The position numbers and the translations under genes are program-made. Of a DNA stretch of 64,000 bases, positions 54,616 to 64,000 are shown piece after piece. How positions within the stretch are numbered: position 1 is the stretch's first letter; each line of letters begins with the position of its first letter. Source of the DNA: Eledone cirrhosa. Taxonomy: Eukaryota. The notes below the pieces were generated by a model. That model saw only the letters and a program-made list of their open reading frames with translations. It searched no databases and was not told where the DNA came from. Location of the stretch: assembly GCA_964016885.1 (NCBI GenBank), contig OZ024750.1, positions 34,534,001 through 34,598,000 on the forward strand, in the 5' to 3' direction.

Positions 54616-54676
<61 letters not shown>

Positions 54677-54697
54677 TCTCTCTTTCTCTCTCTCTCA

Positions 54698-54732
<35 letters not shown>

Positions 54733-55403
54733 CACACTCCTCTCTTCCCCCCCCCCTCTCTCTCTATATATATACACTCCTCTCTCTCCTTATATATACC
54801 CCCCCTCTCTCTCTCTCTATATATATATATATACCCCTCTCTCTCTCTATATATATACCCCCCCCCCGCTCTCTCTCTCTATATATATACACACACACAC
54901 ATACACACCTCTCTTTCTCCCTCGATACAACTAAACCATAAACCACTATTTCTGCAATAAATACTCAACAATATTTTATTTCAAATCTAAACGTGGCAAT
55001 ATTACAAATGTTGTTGCCTTGACTCCAACATTGTTAGAGGGGGGGACTCCAGCGTACCTTGTGGCTTGTGTTACCTGTAATTGACTCTTACCTGTGATTG
55101 AGAGTGTGTGTCTGTGTGTGATTGAGTGTGCATGTCTTCTCCCAATATTTTTCTTTTTAAACATAAAATGTTATTCATAATTATATGACATCAAAATTAC
55201 CCCCTCCCCCCAATCTAAACCAATTAATTCTCTAGTAACATCACATATTAAATATAACATATTCTTAATTACATATTTAAGGCTTTATATTTTAACTTTC
55301 TCTTTTTTAATTAATGTAAAAATTTTTTTAAAATCAAACTATTGAAGACTTTAGAAATATAAAATATGAAATATATGTTTTTTTATTATAAAAAGTAAAA
55401 CAG

Positions 55404-55536
55404 ACGTCCCTTTACGATCTGGGTTCAAATCCCGCCAAGGTTGACTTTGCCTTTCATCCTTACGGGGTCGATAAAATAAAGTACTAGTAATGCACTGGAT
55501 AATTGCTGGCCTTGTGCCTAAAGTAGAAACAATTAT
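55404..55536 (+). mobile_element. SINE group 1, 5'-truncated
   Basis: Shared body. Confidence 0.8.
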
Positions 55537-55809
55537 TTTAACTAAAATGAAAAATAAATTTTTCACCTGGAACAAAAGTACTTGTGTGTGTACTGGTAGA
55601 GGTGTATGTGTTGGGGTACTTGTTTTATTAATAAAAAAGTACAATCCAGTACAATAGAAGAAAAAAAAATGACTACCCCCTACCCCTAAAAAAACAAAAA
55701 ACAAACAAACAATGACTTCAATAATTCAGTGATATTCCATTAAAATAAATTAAAGTTTAAAAACTTTGAAAATACAAAATATTATTTTGACTGACATTTT
55801 ACTTTTTAT

Positions 55810-55970
55810 AGGCGGTGAATTAGCAGAGTCGTTAAGACGTCTGATAGAATACTTTACGGTATTCATCCCACCTCATTGCACGCTCTGAGTTCAAATCCCG
55901 CTGGGGTCAACTTTGTCTTTCATCCTTTCGAGGTTGTTAAAAAAAGTACCAGTCCTGTACTGGGGTCGAT
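55810..55970 (+). mobile_element. Older related tRNA-derived SINE
   Basis: GGCGGTGAATTAGCAGAGTCG head, GAGTTCAAATCCC, CTTTCATCCTTTCGAGG. Confidence 0.7.
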
Positions 55971-56117
55971 TCTTTCTCTACAGAAAAAATCACTGTGTTC
56001 AGACTTGGAGAGGGTTGGGCTCCACCAGGTTTAAAAGTGCCCTAGACACACCCTATGACGATGCCTCTATTACTCCATAAGGAGTTATGGGGTCTTTATC
56101 CTTTTATTATTATTTAA

Positions 56118-56345
56118 GGGCGGTGGATTGGCAGTATCGGTAGAGGGTCGGAAAGGGCAGTGGATTGGCAGTGTCGGTAGAAGGTCGGACGCTATGCTTT
56201 CCAGCATAGTTACGTCCCTTTACGATCTGAGTTCAAATCCCGCTGAAGTTGACTTTGCCTTTCATCCTTACGGGGTCGATAAAATAAGTACCAGTAATGC
56301 ACTGGGTAATTGTTGGCCTTGTGCAAAGTAGAAACAATTATTATT
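56118..56345 (+). mobile_element. SINE group 1 with duplicated head
   Basis: GTGGATTGGCAGTRTCGGTAGA occurs twice; apparent TSD TTATTATTTAA. Confidence 0.85.
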
Positions 56346-56409
56346 TAATAAATCTGAATATTTAAATGTTAAGTTTTAAATTACATCTCGATAAAACTTT
56401 TGTGAGATT

Positions 56410-56680
56410 GAGACAGTGGTGGTGGTGGTGGTGGGACAGCAGTGGTGGTGAGACAGTGGGACAGTGGTCGTGGTTTGGTGAGAGTGGGACAGTGGTGGTG
56501 GTGGTACAGCAGTGGTGGTGAGACAGTGGGACAGTGGTGGTGGTGGTGAGAGTGGGACAGTGGTGGTGGTGGTGGGACAGCAGTGGTGGTGAGACAGTGG
56601 GACAGTGGTGGTGGTGGTGAGAGTGGGACAGTGGTGGTGGGACAGCAGTGGTGGTGAGACAGTGGGACAGTGGTGGGAGA
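56410..56680. repeat. GTG-rich compound repeat (GAGACAGTGGGACAGTGGTGG)
   Basis: Visible directly. Confidence 0.9.
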
Positions 56681-57929
56681 CTCACACTAGGAGGTTCAGC
56701 ATGACACAATGTAGGACAAGGTCCAACAGATACAGCTCATCTTTGAGCAAAATAAAGTGTCTTGCTCAAGAACACAATGTACCTCTGAGATACATTTTGA
56801 TGAAATAAATGAATAAACATCAACATTTTAGATTAGTGTTCTAACTGGTGGAACACCCCTCCCTCCCTTATCTCATATTTCTCTCACTGTCACTCTCTTA
56901 CAACAACATTATGGCACTTTTAGGTCTTTGAATTTGTGATGCTGGACTAAGTTAAGTTACAATATGTAAAAACCAATTCATAAAGCTATGTCTAAAAATA
57001 ATTTTACCATTATTGAACTGTATTGATGAGAAAATGATAGATTTTAGTTTTAAATTGATAGAACTGACAATTTTACTCCCACTTTTCCACCATTTTTAGC
57101 ATTTACATTACTCTATATTGACTATTGCATTTACATTACTCTATATTGACTATTGTATTTACATTACTCTATATTGACTATTGTATTTTTGCAGTAAAGG
57201 CTTTACCTTACATAATATCTCACATAATATTGAATCTATGAGATTTTGATATTATTTATTTTGAGAACAATGCCTTAACACCAGTATGATTGGCTGGTTT
57301 CAACAGAAAGAGGTGAGAGAATTCTGGCCAGATACAGCCAATTTAAATGCTAAAGAATTAATGTTTTTCTGACCAAATTTCTAATGATATACACTGACTG
57401 CCTTTCTTTTTTAATTAATTAAAAAACAATATTGGATGGATTTCCATATTTGAAGCAAAGATTCTTCCATAAAATGATTGAAAGTTTCTAATTTAAATAT
57501 AAATATTCTAAACAAAAATATATTTTTTTTACACCAGAAAACCAAAATTCTCAAGTGGGTAAATTATAAAATGGTAAAATATTCTATTAACTGGTGAACA
57601 ATTTATCTAATAAGCGAAAAAAATTAGTTTGGCGTTAAACATTATCAGTAATGCATATTTTAATGATAATTACTCCATTTTTATAGCAACTACCGTCACA
57701 AATGGTCCCTTGGTATTTAGAGGCAAGTCTTAATAATCTTAACTAGTCAGAGCAGTTTTAATGTCTTTCTATATCTGATAGCATAAAACTATGAGAAATA
57801 GGGGAACTGAAATAATGTTACAGCTTTGGAGAGGAAAAATAAAACTGACTTTTCAGTTAAAAAGTGATTAACGAAACAATATTTTAAATCGTTAACTGAC
57901 AACACTTGATTTGTATACAGTGACAGGCT

Positions 57930-58401
57930 AAAAGGTTTAGGATCTCCCCCTTGGTTGCAAATGACCATGGGGTTCACATCTAGAAAGTTCCTCTCTGAGG
58001 CACAAGTCTGGTTAAGGTTGTTTGTGGAAGATGAACAGTCACCCATGCATACCAGTCTCCTCTCTCCCTCTCTCCACCCAACTGATGTTGTCCAAGGGAA
58101 AGGTAATGGCTGATACAGCTTGGCACCAGTGATGTGACAACACACATATGACATATTCACTTTATATACACTATATATATACAGTATATATATATATACA
58201 ATATATATGATGTTGTCCAAGGGAAAGACAAACGCTGAAACAGCTTGACACCAGTGATGTCACAACTCATTTCCACATCTGAGTAAACTGGAGCAAGGTG
58301 AAATAAAGTGTCTTGCTCAAGGACACATCACATCATATGATCCGGGAATTGAACTCACAACCTTATGATTGTAAACCCAATGCTCTAACCACTAAGCCAC
58401 T
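57930..58401 (-). mobile_element. tRNA-derived SINE (32815-type body) with internal duplication
   Basis: Head GTGGCTTAGTGGTTAGAGC; TGATGTTGTCCAAGGGAAAG duplicated. Confidence 0.75.
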
Positions 58402-58439
58402 CACCATCATATACTATGACAGTACTATGTTTATTACAG

Positions 58440-58640
58440 GTCAGTAGAAGGGAGTTCTCCAAGAAATCAGAGAATGTACATGTCAGCAGACAGTATTGTC
58501 AAACATCTGCAAAAGATAGTAACTGGCTCGGACACCTGTCTAGACTGCCACAAATGAGACCAACTAACCAAACTTTGTGCTGGGTTGCAGGAGACAAAAG
58601 AGAGAAAAGAAGACTTCTTAAGATGGATTGGCATCATTCA
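58440..58640 (+). pseudogene. Highly decayed RTE-like LINE C-terminus
   Basis: WLGHLSRLPQMRPTNQTLCWVAGDKR resembles the RTE W.GH..R...R......W...GKR motif. Confidence 0.5.
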
Positions 58641-58956
58641 GTCTGCTATATTGTGATGGAGTTTAAATTGCATTTGAAAATGTCTGAGTATCATTTCATA
58701 TGTGATATAATTTTACAGCAAATCAAAACCTCTAATGTATCTTACATTTTATCTCTAATTAGCTGTGCCTAATTATAACAGAAACCAGATTGTGATTGGA
58801 ATCTAATGGTTTACATATTAAATTTCAGAACAGTCTCAGAATAGTTTATTATAGAGTTGGAATTTGACAATTTTACTCTAGCTAGATTATATTAATTTCT
58901 TAGCACTTTCATTACCATATTTCTTATAAAAACAATCAAGAATTTTGAGGTGATTT

Positions 58957-60110
58957 AATAATATAACTAACTTTTTCATTACCCTATTTCTAATGACAGA
59001 CACTGTCTATGATTTTCAAATAACATTGAAAATAATCAAATATTTGGAGGGATTTAGTAATATAACTAATTTTCTCATTATTAACCCTTTCATTACCCTA
59101 TTTCTAATGACAGACACTGTCTATGATTTTCAAATAACATTGAAAATAATCAAATATTTGGAGGGATTTAGTAATATAACTAATTTTCTCATTATTAACC
59201 CTTTCATTACCCTATTTCTAATGACAGACACTGTCTATAATTTTCAAATAACATTGAAAATAATCAAATATTTGGAGGGATTTAGTAATATAACTAATTT
59301 TCTCATTATTAACCCTTTCATTACCCTATTTCTAATGACAGACACTGTCTATGATTTTCAAATAACATTGAAAATAATCAAATATTTGGAGGGATTTAGT
59401 AATATAACTAATTTTCTCATTATTAACCCTTTCATTACCCTATTTCTAATGACAGACACTGTCTATGATTTTCAAATAACATTGAAAATAATCAAATATT
59501 TGGAGGGATTTAGTAATATAACTAATTTTCTCATTATTAACCCTTTCATTACCCTATTTCTAATGACAGACACTGTCTATGATTTTCAAATAACATTGAA
59601 AATAATCAAATATTTGGAGGGATTTAGTAATATAACTAATTTTCTCATTATTAACCCTTTCATTACCCTATTTCTAATGACAGACACTGTCTATGATTTT
59701 CAAATAACATTGAAAATAATCAAATATTTGGAGGGATTTAGTAATATAACTAATTTTCTCATTATTAACCCTTTCATTACCCTATTTCTAATGACAGACA
59801 CTGTCTATGATTTTCAAATAACATTGAAAATAATCAAATATTTGAAGGGATTTAGTAATATAACTAATTTTCTCATTATTAACCCTTTCATTACCCTATT
59901 TCCAATGATAGACACTGTCTATGATTTTCAAATAACATTGAAAATAATCAAATATTTGGAGGGATTTAGTAATATAACTATCTTTCTCATTATTAACCCT
60001 TTCATTACCCTATTTCTAATGACAGACACTGTCTATGATTTTCAAATAACATTGAAAATAATCAAATATTTGGAGGGATTTAGTAATATAACTAATTTTC
60101 TCATTATTAA
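58957..60110. repeat. 114-bp tandem array, about 10 copies (gives a 378-aa repeat ORF)
   Basis: Unit is 38 codons with no stop; contains TTAACCCTTTCATTACC. Confidence 0.97.
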
Positions 60111-60169
60111 GTTTGTGTTTGAAACATAACATGAGATTATGATGCAAAGCTTTAGATGAATTTAAAAGC

Positions 60170-60595
60170 GCCAGTATCAGTAGAGCATTGGGCAACATGC
60201 TTTGTGGCATAGAGTTATATCCCTTTAAGTTCTGCATTCAAATCCCGTTGAGGTTAGCTTTGCCTTTCATCCTTACGTGGTCGATAAAATAAAGTACCAG
60301 TAATGCACTGGGGTTGATTTAGTTGACCCCCCCCCCCCCCAATGAAAAACAAAATTGCTGGCCTTGTGCCTATATATGAAACCATTATTATTTTTATTAC
60401 TTTGCCTTTCATCCTTACAGGGTCAATAAAATAAAGTACCAGTAATATACTGGGTAATAGCTGGCCTTGTGCCAAAAGTAGAAACAATTATTTTTATTAC
60501 TTTAGGTGCAGTGGCGCAATTGTTAGTGTCGGAAGAAATGTCTAACCCTTTATGTTCTGAGTTCAAATCCCGCCAACATCATGTTTGCCTTAAGT
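60170..60595 (+). mobile_element. Cluster of group 1-type SINE copies
   Basis: Repeated TTCAAATCCCG and GCCTTTCATCCTTAC motifs. Confidence 0.75.
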
Positions 60596-60649
60596 CCTGG
60601 AGTCAACATAATTGACTGTTCCTTTCTCATCAAATTTTTTGGCTATCTA

Positions 60650-60945
60650 AAAAAGGTCTGAAGTCTGTCTCAAGCTGGGAGGTTCACCAGGCCAGTACTT
60701 ATCCTGGTTTCCCTGGCTTTAAGCAACTGAAAGAACAATACTCCCCATTTAACAGGACACCAGTCCATTGCAGAGTTAAATCACAAACTATTGCTGGTAC
60801 TCATTTTCAGCTGAGTATACTGGAGCAATGTGAAATGAAGTGTTTTGCTCAAGAATACAACACACAGCCCAGCCAACGAACCGAACCCACAACATTAGGA
60901 CTGTAAGCACACCACCAACACCCTTACCACTAGGCCACATACCCC
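60650..60945 (-). mobile_element. tRNA-derived SINE with Deu/Nin-like domain
   Basis: Minus strand has TGGCCTAGTGG A box, GGTTCGGTTC B-like box and CTCAGCTGAAAATGAGTACCAGC. Confidence 0.6.
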
Positions 60946-61786
60946 CGCTTTTAACCATATACATACATAAAAAAAAATTATTGTTTTAAACTAGCTGACC
61001 CGGTGTTGTCAAAAATGACAGCTAATTGTATTTTATTTATAAAAAGGTTCTAGGACCAAGTTTTTTAGTTTAATAATTTCTTTTATTACAAAATTATTTG
61101 TGAAAAAAACTATTCACAACTAAAAATATTATTTCTTATTTTAAATAACTATTAAAACTATAGTAAGTGAAACTATTGTAAATATTGATCTTATGGCTTA
61201 AAGTACAAATTAGTACGATTTTTATTGATTATCAATAACAATTGAAAAGCATTTTTATATTCACTGCGAGACTGTTGACTTATTAATTTAGATAACAGAT
61301 GCAATCAATTAAACAATAACAAACAAATTATCATGTGTTAGTTTAAGATACACACAGAGACATAGTCATACACATACATACACACACACACACACAGAGG
61401 CATTCACATACATACACACACTCTCTCTCACACACATTCATATACATACAGTCACACACTCTCACACAGACATTCACATACATACATAGTCACACACAGA
61501 CATTCACATACACTCACACACAGACATTCACATACATACACACACACTCTCGTACACATTCATATACATACAGTCACACACTCTCACACAGACATTCACA
61601 TACATACATACATACAGTCACACACACTCTCTCACAGACATTCACATACACACACAGTAACACACACACACACCCTCTCTCTCTCCCCTCTCTCTCTCTC
61701 TCACACACTCACACACTCACACTCACACTCTCACCCACTCACACACACACAGACACTCTACCCCCTCTTCCCCTCTCTCCCCCTCC

Positions 61787-61823
<37 letters not shown>

Positions 61824-62171
61824 ATTCACACACACACACTCACACATATACTCACACACACGCACTCTCACACACACGCTCACACTCACTCACACACTCA
61901 CACACACACACACTCACACACACACACTCACACACACACACACTCACACTCTCACACACACACTCACACACACACTCTCACACACACTCACACACACTCT
62001 CACACACACACTCACACACACACTCACACACACACTCTCACACACACTCTCACACACACACTCACACACACACTCACATACACACACTCACATTCACACA
62101 CACTCTCACACACACACTCTCACACTCACACACAAAAGCAAAGACAGTGTCAGTTGATTAACTAACACAAA

Positions 62172-63018
62172 TATATATATGATACATAAATGGCAATTTC
62201 TGTCTGTCTGTTTGTTTGTGAACCTAAAACTCAAACACTACCAAACCGATCTTGATGAAACTCGACACATGTGTGGGGCTCATGCCCATTTGATTTCTTA
62301 CATATATTTAATTTTAATCAAAGGGTTCCCCGTGGTTTCAAACCCCCGCTTAATTTTTTCCCTTCGATTTATATAAAATTTAAACCATAGGTAAATGACA
62401 AGATATGATGCCTATTTACAAAATTTGAGCAAATTTCAATAATATTAAGACACCCTAATAGGGGGTTAAACCCCCTATTAGGGTTTCCTGGAGGCACACA
62501 CCCCTGCTGAAAATGTTTTCCCTTCGATTTATATGAAATCTAAACCATAGATAAAGGACAAGATATGATGCCTATTCACCAAAGTTTTGAATTGATATTT
62601 AAAAAAATTATTTACAAGAAACAAAATAAGAATAAGATTTAATAATGTAATTTTGATTTGATATATTACAAAAAATAATTGTTTCTACTTTTGCCACAAG
62701 GCCAGCTATTACACTAGTGTATTACTAGTACTTTATTTTATCGACCCCGTAAGGATGAAAGGCAAAGTTAACCTCGACAGGATTTGAACTCAGAATGGCA
62801 AGGGCCGTAACTCTATGCGTCAAAGCATGGCATCCAACACTCTACCAATACTGCCAATCCATTGTTTTCCAATTTTCCATGCATTACGTTTTACATTGAG
62901 TAATATTGAAATGCAGAGTTTTTCTCCATAAATTATATCACTGATTTAAAATCAATCATCATTTTCTTACAAAAAAAAAAATGTGTGAAACGCAGCAAGG
63001 TGCGGGTAATTCGGCTAG
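62172..63018 (+). mobile_element. Helitron/Helentron-derived non-autonomous element (DINE-1/HINE-like) with nested SINE at 62677-62862
   Basis: 5' (TCTG/TTTG)n microsatellite followed by ACCGATCTTGATGAAACT; 3' GC-rich GCGGGTAATTCGGCTAG end; internal duplication 62357-62418 / 62517-62577. Confidence 0.55.
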
Positions 63019-63169
63019 TGTATATATATATATATATACTTATATATATATATGTATGCTTGATATATATATATATATACTTGATATATATATATATATG
63101 ATATATATATGATATATATATATGATATATATATATATATAATATATATATATATATTTTATATATATA

Positions 63170-63202
<33 letters not shown>

Positions 63203-63224
63203 CTTGATATATATATATATATAT

Positions 63225-63547
63225 GTGTTGTTTCCTTGAGCAAGACACTTTATTTCACATTGCTCCAGTTTACTCAGCTGTAGAAATGAGATGATAGGGA
63301 CTGGGCTCCATATCATTCCACTGCAAAGTGGACGTGGAGGCGCCACAGATAAAAAAGCACCCAGCCCACACTGTAAAGTAGACGTGGAGGTGACACGGCA
63401 AAAAAGCACCCAACACTCACTGTAAATGAGGATGGTGTTAGGAAGTGCATCCAGCTGTAGAAATCAAGCCAGAATCAGTTCCCGTCCCACCCTTGCAAGC
63501 AGGGAAAAGCGGACGTAAAATGATGATGATGATGATGATGATGATGA
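63225..63547 (+). mobile_element. SINE group 2 lacking its head
   Basis: Body plus RTE tail CCCACCCTTGCAAGCAGGGAAAAGCGGACGTAAAA(TGA)n. Confidence 0.85.
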
Positions 63548-63601
63548 TATATTATAGGGTAAAATGACAGGAGACCGGACAGGCTGTATTCCTTGAGATT
63601 T

Positions 63602-63758
63602 TATTACTGCATATATATATATTACTGCATATATATATATTACTGCATATATATATATTACTGCATATATATATATTACTGCATATATATATATTACTGC
63701 ATATATATATATTACTGCATATATATATATATTACTGCATATATATATATGCAGTAAT
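63602..63758. repeat. About 19-bp repeat ATTACTGC(AT)n, 7 copies, last unit inverted
   Basis: Array ends ATTACTGC(AT)nGCAGTAAT. Confidence 0.9.
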
Positions 63759-63870
63759 TGAGTTTTAATTATTTTCCCACATCTTATGTTAAATATTTTC
63801 CATTTTGATTTTATAGTCACTTATATATTATGAAATACTGTTGGCTTCTTGCTCACATTAATTTCTATAT

Positions 63871-63921
<51 letters not shown>

Positions 63922-64000
63922 CTAACCCATGCTAGCGTGGAAGATGGACGTTTAAACGACGATGATGATGATGATGATATATATATATTCATTTTATTCA

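Noticed and set aside
58416-58772. Host exon after a TTACAG acceptor-like site
   Set aside because: The peptide better matches a decayed RTE C-terminus and there is no supporting gene structure.

Overview
AT-rich eukaryotic intergenic or intronic DNA with no recognisable host protein-coding gene. The repeat families and the dense (TA)n/(CA)n/(GA)n microsatellites suggest a cephalopod (octopus-like) genome, which is inference only. Nearly all long ORFs in the track are microsatellite or minisatellite artefacts. Real coding remnants all come from retroelements: RTE-clade LINE fragments (one family has a PHD-like finger inside the RT region), a decayed CR1-group LINE, and two Penelope-like elements (PLEs) with GIY-YIG endonucleases. 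Also present are two abundant tRNA-derived SINE groups, Tc1/mariner-pogo-like MITEs, a Helitron/DINE-like element and several minisatellites that expanded inside transposons. The main hidden signal is about a dozen intact-looking type I hammerhead ribozyme (HHR) motifs plus several decayed ones. They belong to at least 8 distinct short non-coding element families that mostly sit in or beside (TA)n tracts and often fold back as palindromes. Two families link physically to the PLE ORFs, so the set looks like a diverse (TA)n-associated population of ribozyme-bearing PLE pLTR derivatives (retrozyme-like). All pairings were read by eye; no folding or database search was run.
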